Assembly: GCA_965637545.1 (NCBI GenBank)
Contig: OZ281494.1
Coordinates: 2,108,001-2,172,000, forward strand
Direction of reading: 5' to 3'
Length of the DNA: 64,000 bases
Origin: Phallusia mammillata
Lineage: Eukaryota
Positions 49,312 to 61,369 of the stretch are shown piece by piece. Position 1 is the stretch's first letter; each line of letters opens with the position of its first letter. The position numbers were made by a program, and so were the translations under genes. A model generated the notes under the pieces. The model was not told the origin of the DNA. It made no database searches and saw nothing but the letters and a program-made list of their open reading frames with translations.

Positions 49312-50786
49312 ATGCATCCAACTTATACCCTGCTTATTTTGCTTGCTTTTGTTTCCTTCAGTGCTGGTGAAGTGGGAGAAAATTGCACAAGTAAGTTGTA
49401 CTGGAATAACAAGTTTATAAGTTACATAACCTTGCAGTAAAATTATTACCAGTTTTCATTTTCTGGTATTACGTTTTAAGTTATTTACAGGTGAAATTCT
49501 GCAACTTCAGCAGAAAGTAACTAAACTCAACAAACAAGTTTCATTGGCGTATTCCAAACCAACTGTACCAACAACAAGTAAGTTGTATAAACAACAGAAC
49601 ATTTGCTCGAAATATGTTGTTTCAAAATAAGTATCATGGCTGTTGCACAGTTTGCAATGGTCCACTCATTAATAAACTATTGTAGAATAAATATTCATAG
49701 ACTGAAAAGTATGAATGGACATCAATGTATATTTTATGCAGCGCATCTCCACAGCATTACGAAAATCATATTACAGATTGTACCTTGACTCACTTTGAGT
49801 TTCCACGTCAGCAGCAAAACGAAGATTTCGTCTGGTACAGAATGCACTTTCCCAGACTAACGAGCGCCACCATGTGTGCATGGGTCAAAATAGCTCCGAC
49901 GTTTGATCTCAGTTTCATGAGTTATGCAACTAACAAATATAGCAACGAGTTTTTAATTTTCTTTGACAATCCAACCACACTTCAAGTTTACATACAAGAT
50001 AGTGTAGTCGAGTTTAAATTTCCTGATGCAGAAAAAATGGTAAGTTTGTAAGGATTTTTTCCCGGATTTGGTTCCTGAGCGCGCAGACTGATTGACTTTT
50101 GTTTGTCACGTGGATTTGACTAGAGGCACAACTTGTATGTAATATTTGCTAGACTATCCGACAACAAAATAACAAATACGAGCCTTTACCTGTTTTGCTC
50201 CATTGCACAATACGCTATACTACTAAATTGAGCACCTTTTAATTTTCATAACAACTCAAAAAGTTTTTGATGTTAGATTTCTCTCTTCATAGATGATATA
50301 TGAATTAAAATATAATCGCTTTAATTTGTCGGAAATTTGTCAAACCATCACCATCCTTTCATGTATCTCGACTTACCGGCTGTCACTTCAAATGTCATCA
50401 GTCCCTTCCAAAAGACTGTAAGTTGTTCGTGACAACGAAAGACTTAGATTTGTTATGTTAAGGTGACGATCGGTAAAAAAAGATCGTTAGGTTTACTCCT
50501 CCTTTACGAATGACATACGGATTGTCAAAACGTCATGTTTAAACGAATAAATTGATTGTGTGTGTTTTGGCAAATTGTATGTTGATGCCGGAAAAAAGGA
50601 AATGCGACATAACGAGTTGAGTGAATAACAACAAGTGCCTTGCAGATTCATGTATGCGTCTGGTTCGATTCCAAACGAGCTGTGATTGGAGCTTTTGGCA
50701 ATGGTGAAGAAATTCCCTCACAAGGTTATCCTGGATATGTTGTCAATGGAGGAAGAAGTTTAATCCTTGGACAAGATCAGGACGCG
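49312..50786 (+). CDS. Secreted pentraxin-domain protein, apparently lacking its final exon(s)
   Basis: Exons 49312-49390 (signal MHPTYTLLILLAFVSFSAG), 49491-49577 (short coiled coil EILQLQQKVTKLNKQVS), 49777-50039 (FEFPRQ...LTSATMCAWVK...FMSYATNKYSNEFLIF), 50646-50786 (IHVCVWFDS...GGRSLILGQDQDA). Pentraxin motifs HxCxxW and LGQ(D/E)QD are present; the C-terminal ~45 aa was not found before 52724. Confidence 0.85.
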
Positions 50787-50818
50787 GTTACGGTTACGCA
50801 CATGAGTGTTAATAAATG

Positions 50819-51003
50819 CAGTGCTGGATTAACCATTAGGCAAAGTAGGCACGTGCCTACAGGCCAGTCAAAAATCCAGGCCACTTTTCTTTGTGACAAT
50901 GATTTGGCAACACTGATAATTCTAACATTTTAGTTGGCAACTCTGATTTTCAGGGCACTTATAAAATGTGCCTACAGGCCAGCAGACCCTTAATCCGGCA
51001 CTG
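50819..51003. mobile_element. hAT-like MITE
   Basis: TIR CAGTGCTGGATTA / TAATCCGGCACTG, 8-bp flanks AATAAATG / AACAAATG (7/8). Confidence 0.75.
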
Positions 51004-52894
51004 AACAAATGATTATCATAATTTTAAGAAATTCTGCTTTGAAATGCATTTTCTCATAGTAATATTGGTTTTACACAACAACAAACAATCTTTAACCTAC
51101 ACTAAACGATTTAAATTGGATATCTGACGAAACAAATGGTATAATTAATGAGGACAAATCTGACAATGAAACGGACAAGTCGTAATAGCACTCCAGGTTC
51201 ACCGCACTTTAGCTGAAAATTAATGTAATAAAATTGAATCAAGGTGGCTGGTTACCATATGAGTCACAAACAAGTTGGCCCGCTTATTTGGGGCAGTTGG
51301 CAAACTCATGACAATAGGTGCAATAAATCACATTTATCGTTGTTATCCACGGCTCGAATTTATCGTTGTTATTCACGTGAGATTTGGCTGTTAACTATAG
51401 AGGGAAGTTGCAAAACAAATCCGCCCGAATGGAAAGTAAAGCGGGCGGTTTTGTACAGCTCGTTTTATAATAAATACTTTTGTATGTTTTGCAGGTTAGT
51501 AATTGTTTTGTTTTTGTCCAGATGAACTTTGTCAACACGTATCCAATTTGTGATCTGTCTGTTTTCCATTATTGCTAGTGACAAGAAAGAAATCTGCACT
51601 TAAATTTGATTCTTAACAGTAAAATTTTCCACAAAGTTAATCCGCCGTCATTAACAAGTTTAAAGTAGCCCTTTTTTTAAAAAATTTCCATGATAGTTGC
51701 AGTAAAGTTGATGTTGGTGGCCTTGGTTTGCAAGTCATGGTCAATAATTATATAAATGCACTGCAGCATTGAAAGTCTCCTTTTTTAAATATACTTGAGG
51801 TGCTCATATTAAACGCTCGTCATTGGCCAGTCGCCCGCGTCGTGATCCTAAGGAGGAATTTTCCCTCAACTGAGTTCTTCGAGTAAATACATTTATTCTT
51901 TACAAACACCGTTAGAATTGTAAAAGTTTAGAACGTAGTAATAAAGTTTTAATACTTGAAATATTTGCAGTCTTGATTCCTGGTTTAGGAAAGCACCAAC
52001 TAAACCGATTTATCGAAACAAAATAGCAGCGTCTTGCCTGGAAATATGGCAATAAATGATCTGAACAGACATGTCTCAAATCACAATCTAACCAGGAGTC
52101 AATTTTATGCCTGATTTAATTGACGTTTGGGAGCCCATTAAGTTAGATGTGTAAATTAACAAAACGGTATACTACATTTACAAAAAAATTTGCTGATCTC
52201 TTTAAAACGTCCAAATTGCAGACATAGAGTGAGTATTGACGTCAAAAGCTCCATAAAAAGTCGTCAGCAGTTTTAAATTCGGTGCTCATGTTTGATATTT
52301 GGCTGCAAAAATTTACCCCGTAAAACTCTTTACAACTTGGTGTGGGGTTATAAAAGCATGAAGCGTCTTGCGGTTTAGCAGAAGCGTTTACTGCAGCCAT
52401 TGTGTAAGACGTTTGTTCACATATATTTTGTTATTTATCGAAAATTTGTGCTTGCAGTCTTGTGTTTTTGAACACTGTTACTTCCTTCTGTAGGGAAAGT
52501 ATGCATCCAAAATTTGCTGTAGCAAAGGTTATTGTCCTAGGGTTAAAGACCGCCACCAAGTGACGGTTTCTCTTTTCGATGAAAATGTGATAAAATGGGC
52601 AATTTCAACAATAGTTTGGTTTTTGTATTAGATTACCATCTAAAGGAGTTTCAATGCAGTGGGTATTAAATTTTGAGTAGCATTAACACCTCAATGATGC
52701 TGTTGTTACTGTGTCACGAACTGTCTATATTACTCACACTAACAACATAAACATTTCGGCGCACAAATTCTGCTATTGTTTTAACTTTTTGTGAAACATT
52801 GTTAGTGTATATTTGAAGGCCTGAGCATCACTAAATTGATGAACAGATTTCAGTGTATAGAGTTCTTATGTTTTAAACCTGTATTTATTTACAG

Positions 52895-55800
52895 GATGAA
52901 GTGGAAGGAATGAGTGTTGAAACTGCTACAGCCATCGCAGAGTTTGATTTCTTGAACCCAGATGCTGAAGAACCAGGTCAGTTTGTTAGAAAAACAATAG
53001 ACACAAGTCAAAAAGTCAAAATCAACATGAACTATAGCCTTGATGCTAAGCCAGTGGTTCTCAAACTTTTTTGAGCGTGACCCAAATCTGAGTTTCATAA
53101 ACACCTCACGAACCAAGCCTCAAACAACAAAAAATGTATTTTATTTCCTTGTACGAATACTTACTCATACTCTAACGCTAACTGTCACATGGCCAAGTTC
53201 AGTTAACGCAAGATTCCTATTATTTCCCGTGCTATGACGTTACAATCGCCATGTGCGACACATTATAGTGGGAAGGCTGTTGTGTGCGCGACCCATTTTT
53301 TTACCCTGTGCGACCCATGTTTGGGTCGCAACCCATACTTTGAGAACCACTGTGCTAAGCCATATACTAAAATTATGGTTTCTTATGAGGATGTCAATTG
53401 ATTCTATCAGTTTCTTCCCCTTTGCCTAACTTAATTTGTTTGACACACAATAAAAGTAGGTAAAGCTTGCTTTTGTGGTTGTCAATTTTTTCACTCCACA
53501 ATACAAACTGTTGGTAACCTTCACTTTACAGACGATACTAAAGCCACAGATTGGACGATTGACCCAAACAAACTGAACGCAATGAAACAACAATTCCTAC
53601 TTGAGAAAAAGCAACAGAAAAAGAAAGGAATGAAAAGTAAGACAACATTTTTGTCCCTAAATTTGGTGATTTTTGGACCTAAAAAAACTGCATTAAACAT
53701 TAATTATTGAACAAATTTGGAAAAATATGGTTAATAGACCATTGCACTAATATACTGAACATGCAACTAGTGTGTTGTCTGTTTCTTAAAACGTTTCTTT
53801 TTGAGCTCCCATGAAGCAATAGCTTTTCTGTCAAACACCACAAGATATGTTTTTCTGTGTAGCCTTTTTTTGACTAAACTTCCCAATCTCATAGGACCAG
53901 CAAAGAAACATTTGCAAGACATGCTTCAGACATTTCAAGGAGCCGAGATGCAAAAAGCAAACGACGACATTGATATCCATATACCCGAGGAAGGTTAGTT
54001 GGTTGTGAATATAAATGTAGACATACACATTAGGGATGTGCCAAAACTGCAAATCAAAAACAGCGATGCTCGGTACCGGATACTCGGGTTCTGGCTCGGC
54101 TCGGCCCATCCATATTACACATATGTTTAATAAGTACCTGATAGGTATGGATTCAAATCCCGTTACAGGGTTTTTAGCATACATTCTGTCGTGTTCGGGA
54201 CAACTGGATTCAATAGTTTTTATATGCATGTAATGAAATGATTTCATGCTGGTTTGGCAAATAAATAAGACTAAGTCCTAAGTACATCACTAGTTGTAGT
54301 CAGGTTTCGTTCTAACACGCAGCATTTCTTATTTTTATTCAGTACAGACACTCTGATAACTGACGCTGATCGTGTGCCGCTCTTCTTAAGTAATTTGTAT
54401 AGTTGATAAGTGAAGGCAGATCGGTCGGTTACCACCTTGTTAAACAAGCTGAAGTTTGTTATGACATTATACTTACAGTACAGCTACTTTATAGTTTTGG
54501 ATATTTATATGGTGTTTTGCTTTATAGAGAACCTCCCATTCACCGTCGGAGGGGGTCAAACCGGCGACGAATCAATCGAAACTGCACTTGGACTTGGAGC
54601 TTTAGCCGGACTTACTGTGGCCAACGAAGCGGATCCACTCGCTTACGATGTATGAGCTTAACTGAATGAGTTTCGTTTTCGTGTTAACACAGCTTGTTCT
54701 AATAGAACCTTTAATTTTCTATTAAATTAGATAAAAGTGTTTATGCAATAAATAATGTAACAATTGCTCAGTTGTATTACGACATACATTTGTAGGTTAC
54801 CATTACTTCTGACTTGATTTTACCCAGAACATGCCGAGAGTATCAGACGCTTGGTATTTGGCAAAATAAAGTTATTTTTTTATTGAACTGCTTAACATTT
54901 GATTGTTTATTCGCAAAAATCATTGTAAATTTCGTTTTCATTCATTTAATTTTATGTCCAACATGCGATGATTTTGGCCTAAAATAATGTTTTCAAAACG
55001 AACTTTATGCAACAGATGTCAGCCACTAAGGAGACTTTCCGAAAAACCTGGAGCCCGAAATTCACGCTCCGGAGCCACTTTGACGGGATCCGGGCGATCC
55101 GGTTCCTTCCCACCGAGTCAGCGGTTCTAACTGCGTCCGAAGATAACACGATGAAATTGTGGAATTTAAACAAACCTCTTCCCAATAAGAAGAGTCAAGC
55201 TTTGGACGTTGAGCCGATCTACAGTTTCCGTGGACACGTGTAAGGAAATTGAAAACTTATTAATATGTTTGTTTGGTCAAGTCAAATTTTATTTGCATTG
55301 TCATTTCATCACCACAGTTATATTGTTAAACAGTTACATAAACAGCAAGGACATCGAAAAAAACATAGGTTATCGTAATAAGTTTTACACCAAATACTTA
55401 TTTATATTTATTGACGAATTTAACTTATGATAAAACCTGTAGATTGGTGCTTCATACAGTATTTGTAATAACATCATGCGAAAAAACGGCACTGATATTT
55501 TCATGTACATATAATCTCAGTGACTATGCATACATATGACAATGCTTGAGTTTGACTTGACTCGGTATAACGTCTTTTGCAGTTCATTAGGCTTTTGTGA
55601 TTTAACCAACACCATATCGTAATACGCCGTTCAATGACGATCGGCCCGACTAATTGTGATTTATATATGAGTGTTCCGTGATCGCTGGTTTGTACGAAGG
55701 CCTTACAGTTAGTCCCCATTAATAAATTTATGTTTATCTTAACTTATATTTAGTATTTGTGTACTATATATATAGGAACTCAACCCTCAAAATTAGAATC

Positions 55801-58800
55801 GCAAATTTTTTACCCTTTGGGTCAAATACAATCCGTTTGTTCTCATTGTTTTCACAAAATTAAACTCTAGAGCGAAAATATTCCTCTGGACTTGTAATTA
55901 ATTACAACTAAAGACTATTGCTGAAGATCTATTTTCGCGCCAGTTAAAATTTCAAACCTCCGAAATTCATATTTCAAAAACTTTCTTAAATCTCTGCAGA
56001 GGAGCAGTTTTATGTCTGGATGTGAGCGCTGATGGAGTTTTCTGCTTCAGTGGAGGAATCGACTCATCTGTGAGATGTTGGGCTCTTCCTAATATCAACA
56101 TTGATGCGTACGACACATACGGTAAGGAGAATTGCTCTCTTCATATTCCAGTGACCAAACCTCACTAAAATTCAGTTAAAAATTGATTGTATTAAAAGTC
56201 TAATTTTTCATTATAATTACGTCAGTATTTAACTATTTGCATATGACGTCATTATGTGACGTTCATGGAAGACATGTATTGTGAAGTTTTATTCACTACG
56301 TAAGAAGTGCGCAAAAAGTCCTTGTGTCTACAACCATCTGTCATGACGTCACGTTATGTTTGGACGTGACGTCATTTGCTACTTTTGTTGTTGTTCTGTA
56401 AACCATCTCCATAATTGTCTAAAGTTGACTGTTTCATATTGTTCAAAAAATGCGTTTACAATTTCATGGACAGATTCTTCACTGGCCGGTGAGATATTGG
56501 TCGGACATACTGACGCTGTTTGGTCGCTCTCATATTCCAACACTCGTCAGCAACTCCTTTCTGCTTCAGCTGATAATTCCATCAAATTATGGAGGCCGAC
56601 CTCGAATGATCCGCTTGTACAGACTTACACTGTTGACGGTGAGTTGAGTTTACATGCAACGGGAACTGTTTTGTTCTTGGGTTGTGTGACTAAATATTAC
56701 ACTGTGGTTGGTAAGTGGAGTTTAGCAAAACTAAGAAATTGTTTACACTCGGTTTTAAGTCATTCCACAACCTTTATAAAGTGTATATATTGTAATTAAG
56801 TTGTCATGCACCATCCGTACCTAACAAGGAGCATTACATGCATGGTAAAATGCAAGTTCGATAATAGAGTAAGGCTTGTGAAATTATTACACAACAAAAG
56901 GTTGATGTGACGTTCAGTTGCTTAGTACGTGTGACGTAAAGGTGTGTTTTATAATCATTGACATGACGTTGGCCAGGTTTTTAGTATGTACACGCACGTT
57001 TGCCACAAATAAAAATATCGTTTTTATTCTGCAAATTGGAAAAAGCGAAAGTTTTATCGGGTTTTATGGAATTGCTTGTCATGGTTACAAAAGAGGTCAA
57101 CACGCAAATTATCCTTCGGAGCAAATTCTTTTAATATCATCCTTGTTCCTACCATTGTTGATTGAACCTTCGTACTGGCCGATGTATTTGAAATACTTAC
57201 AAATGTAGGCCTACTGCATGAATGGATTAAAAGCCATGGACGATAAAATCCTTGGTAAAACAGAATCGGTCGGTTTTGTTTTACCAAGGATTTTATCGTC
57301 CATTGGTTTTACTCTACTCTAGTTAAAAAGGCAAACAGTGATCGTCAGGTTAAGCCATGCTGTTGATGGTTTTGGACCAATTACTAAAGCTGATATTTTG
57401 ATTACTGCATGAATACAACTACTGTAATCTCTATTCAAACACAGATTCATGAAAAAAATGCTATTGAAACTTCAACTTAGTTAACATTGACTGACCAAAC
57501 TGTGAAATTACATTGTTAGCCTTGCACAATTATCCCACCACACATCTTATGTACGAAATTGCCCCGAGCTGAATAATTGATGTTTTTCTGCAGGACCTTC
57601 AACGCCCACTTGTGTTGAGTTTGTACAATGTGATTCCAACTACGCGGTGGTGTCCCATACCGACGGAAAAGTTGTCTTGTATGATCTCGAAACAGGGAAA
57701 ACACCTGTTATTCTCTCTGAAAACGACACAGGTAAAATCGATTCAAAATCTGCTGCGTCGTTTAACTCTAAATATTTGTGCTTTTGTTCCACAGTATTGA
57801 CATGAATTGATTGCATTGATTCTGTTTAGAATACTTCCTAGTTTACGGATTTTTTGCATAATTACTCTTTGATTATCGATATGCATTATAATTCTTTTGT
57901 TTTTAATGCGATGCGTTACTGTTTAATTTTGAAATGGTGACAAATATGCATTGGTTACTAAATTCGGCTCGTTGAATATAAACTAAATTACAACTTTGCA
58001 GAATTTATTTTGTTTGGAGATTTGGCAGCAAATTAACCTAAATGCATCACGTGACAAATATTTTAATCTCAGGTCGAGTAAATGCAGTCGCAACTCACCC
58101 GACCATGCCTATCACCATGACCGCACACGACGATCGTCACATCAAGTTCTTTGACAATTCCTCAGGTAAAACTGCTGGTCGGGTTACCTCGTCTAATGTT
58201 GATTACAACGGTCGTAGGTTCACTTAGAGCTTGTGTGTATGTACAGACACATAAAAATATATGCTACACATAAACTGATGTGTGACCATAGCGTGCATTC
58301 AAAGTTGCTCATATTAGTCTTACAAATTCGCATGTTAATTGTTGTCAACTAATGTTAGCTATTTCTTATAGTCATATTACGTTGTTTCGGGTTCATATGT
58401 TGAACTGTTTCATTCTAGGAAAGTTGATCCATTCTATGGTTGCCCACCTTGATTCGGTGACGAGTCTCTCCGTTGATCCAAACGGTCTCTACCTTCTTTC
58501 AGGAAGTAAGTACACGAAAACGGAAAATAACTCTTTTACAGAAAAACGTCAACATCTTTACTAGACTCGCTCTTGACACACGTTTAGTTTACGAAAAACC
58601 TGAAGTTACTCGATTTAATTAACGTTTTTGAATTGAAAATATATGTGGCCCCTTTACAGAAAAAAATACCAAAATTTGCGCTATATTAGCACTGCATATA
58701 GCGTTTAGTGTACAAATGAGGTAACGTGAAGTAATTTTAATTTATAAATTTAATAATTTATTTTAATTCCTAAATCCACCACCGACCGTCCAATCTCCAC

Positions 58801-58976
58801 TTGCAGGTCATGACTCCTCGATTCGACTGTGGAATCTCGACAGCAAAACTTGCATACAAGAGTTGACGTCACACCGCAAGAAGTTCGACGAATCAATTTA
58901 CTCCGTTGCTTTTCATCCGAGCGCAACTTACATCGCAAGTGCGGGAGCCGACGCCCTCGCTAAGGTCTTCGTGTGA
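52895..58976 (+). CDS. STRN: 5'-truncated second striatin (last 11 exons, 468 aa, intact)
   Basis: Exons 52895-52976, 53532-53636, 53895-53993, 54528-54649, 55016-55239, 56000-56121, 56474-56638, 57594-57731, 58073-58165, 58419-58505, 58807-58976; lengths identical to copy 1, all splice sites intact, no stops. The N-terminal six exons are absent upstream. Expression unknown. Confidence 0.8.
53052..53352. mobile_element. hAT (Charlie-type) MITE specific to striatin copy 2
   Basis: 14-bp TIR CAGTGGTTCTCAAA, perfect 8-bp TSD TGCTAAGC; copy 1 has the empty site with a single TGCTAAGC at about 6544. Confidence 0.92.
54031..54292. mobile_element. Short TIR element (TAGGGATGT...ACATCACTA)
   Basis: 9-bp imperfect TIR; the right end is also present at about 7429-7439 in copy 1 and at about 16215-16223. 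Confidence 0.45.
57224..57403. mobile_element. Copy-2-specific ~180-bp insertion with a 27-bp perfect inverted repeat
   Basis: Flanked by 11-bp direct repeat ACTGCATGAAT (57213-57223, 57404-57414); absent at the equivalent site about 10310 in copy 1. Confidence 0.65.
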
Positions 58977-60753
58977 ACGCGTCACAATACGCCGCGTGTG
59001 TGACATCATAGTCCACTTGTGACGTCATAGTCCACTTGTAATAGGCTATTTGTGACGTCACGATACCGTAAAGTGACGTAGAAACCCTGCGACACGTCTG
59101 ACGTCATAGGATATTGCTCTTATGACGTCATAGGCCAGCCTTGTGACGACATCGTGCAGTTGCTTACTCCATTTTAGTGGTCTTGTTGATTCCAGTTAAC
59201 GTCACTGCCCAATCAAGTGCTTTTGGTCCGTCGTTTATGACGCAATAGAGACCAGCTCTGTGACGTCATTTATAGCTGTTGTTTCGTGTCGCATGCCTCG
59301 ATGACGCGTAACTTTGAAAAGAATAATATGTTGTAAGCTTGATTATTTATCGCGCTTCGTACGGTCGCCGCTTTTGTTACGTCATAATGCGTTGTGTACA
59401 AATGCTCGTTCGCGTTGCTCAAGTATTTTCTCGTCGCGCTTGATTCGGTTTGGTCACGTGGTTTCGTACCTCTGCCTTCGCCCAACGAAATCTAAAGTTC
59501 AATCTCTATTGGACACATTTCTTTGAAAGTCCAAAAAACTGCGCCTCTAGTGGTTACATTTATATTCGTACGACACCGTCAGAGGGCGCTGCAGGGTTCG
59601 GTGCTTTTCTGGTGCAAAGTTTCATTCTGCATCTCATCACTTCATCATTTAGGTTTCCTCCAGGGCTGCTTTGACCCGAAACACTTCTTATCCTACTTGG
59701 TGATCTTCACACCGATTCGTGCGATTCCCGTTTTAATTCAGCACATGTACTCAAGTTGCTTCCGCACCAATCAGTGTCAATTTGCCCTGTTTTTCTGTGT
59801 TTTCCATTTGTAGAAAATAGTTACTCGCTGAAACGAGCGGTTCTCGTAGCTGATTGGCTGTATCAGTCACGTGGAAAACCGGCTGTGTTGTTTCATTTTA
59901 GCAAACCGGTCCAGTTTATATTGTAAGATGTAGAATCTATCAAAACCCGGCAAAGCTCATTGCTTTTCAGTTTCTTTGAGCGATAAATATCCTCAATACA
60001 TAATATGAACGTCGCTTGCGCTTGTGTTTTGCCGCCCGGGCAAATGTATTTCATCTACCTGAAAAATCTCTTTGCTGCGCTGTATCTTCTGTATGCGACT
60101 GAAAATGGGACCTTCGACAAAAATGTATTTCAACACCGATGAATAGGACGGTTTTCCTCTTTCTATATGTTTGCATAAACGCGAGTGTTTGTTAGAGATT
60201 TTCTATTGGGAAGTTCTCCAAATCGCCCTAAAAACGCGGCCACACGTTGAAAAACTTTAGACTTCTCAGCGCTAAACCGTAATCAGTTCATGTTGATTTT
60301 AAGATTAGTTCATGCGGACGTTCTCCTAAGAGCTCTTCTATTAGCTTTTATACCAAAACAAATATTTGCGTATTTGAGCCTATATATAAAATTCTTATCA
60401 TTTACCATCCTGTTATCTGCAACAGTTTTGCAAAAGCAAATTGACTTTGACCGATGTTTCGACGCGACATTGACTTTGCAACACTTAACAACTCTAGAAG
60501 TTTGACCCTATCTTTTTGCTTGTGAAGCTTGACCCTCCGATAAACGGCAGTCGTCTTTTTATCGACACAAGATGTCGCCCTGTGCTGCGTGACGTGTTGT
60601 CACACTTTCAATAGATAACTAGCTTTGTTCATATTCTTGTGTGGTGTGTTGAAGTAGTTTTACTCAGGTTTGATGTAATAGTAGACAAACTTAAGCATTA
60701 TAAGTGCGATCAGTTAAGGGTCGACATGCCTTTCAGAAGCCTAAAGCAGCTAA

Positions 60754-61369
60754 GGCTAGATCCACACGCACGCTTGCGCGTCAGCGCATAGTTGGTTTGT
60801 TCTTTTATAGCCAGAGTTTTACCCCGGCGCGCGACGCTTTCGACTCGGCTGCAAAGCGTGAGGTTTCGCTCACAAAGCACAAAGCGCTCCTGTTTTGCCG
60901 AGCTCGCGAGCGCTGGCTGAATAAATTTGATATAGCTCACGCTGGCAAGCCAACGCAGTTTTCAAGTGTGAGCTTCTGATGTTCAGTAACTTTACTTGCT
61001 GGGCGAAATGCATGTTATGTGTGTAGTGCATAATGATTTTTGGGCATTGTTAGCAAAACACATGTTGATTTTGCCAATGCAAAATTCATTAACCATTGTT
61101 ATCAGTATACCAAACAGAACTAAATTCAAATTGTGGTAAATAATATGGATAGAAAGAATATACTTTATCTATATTAACCGATAAGGTCCAGCCAAACATT
61201 CTGGTGAAAAACACAAGTAGAAGAGATCCCAGTAAAAATGCGGCTGTGTGAGCCAGAACGCCAGCGCGCGATCTTGAGTTTTATGTCTGTGTGCATGGAC
61301 GTCACTGCGCCAGCGGGGCAGCTCGTGGGCGTACGTTAAGCTCGCGAGAAATCCTGTGTGGATCTAGCC
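60754..61369. mobile_element. PIF/Harbinger-like MITE specific to copy 2
   Basis: Perfect 14-bp TIR GGCTAGATCCACAC, 3-bp flanks TAA / AAA; copy 1 empty site TAGCTAAGATCTT at about 13707-13719. Confidence 0.82.

Larger units (their letters stand above)
27720..49321. repeat. Three tandem ~7-kb units (27720-35002, 35003-41962, 41963-49321), each = aGPCR last-exon tail + LDLa-GPCR + upstream region + pentraxin ATG
   Basis: Units 1 and 2 nearly identical; unit 3 clearly more diverged in its upstream half. Junctions ATGCATCCAAATTGTACGGTTTATTC at 34986 and 41946 are identical. Confidence 0.95.

Noticed and set aside
51244-51525. 93-aa ORF as pentraxin continuation
   Set aside because: No pentraxin similarity and only a weak acceptor context.
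52494-52631. Phase-0 open segment (GKYASKICC...DENVIKW...*) as the missing last pentraxin exon
   Set aside because: Only the NVIxW-like word resembles pentraxins; the expected GGF..QSF.G.I..V..W segment is absent. Cannot be fully excluded without RNA data.
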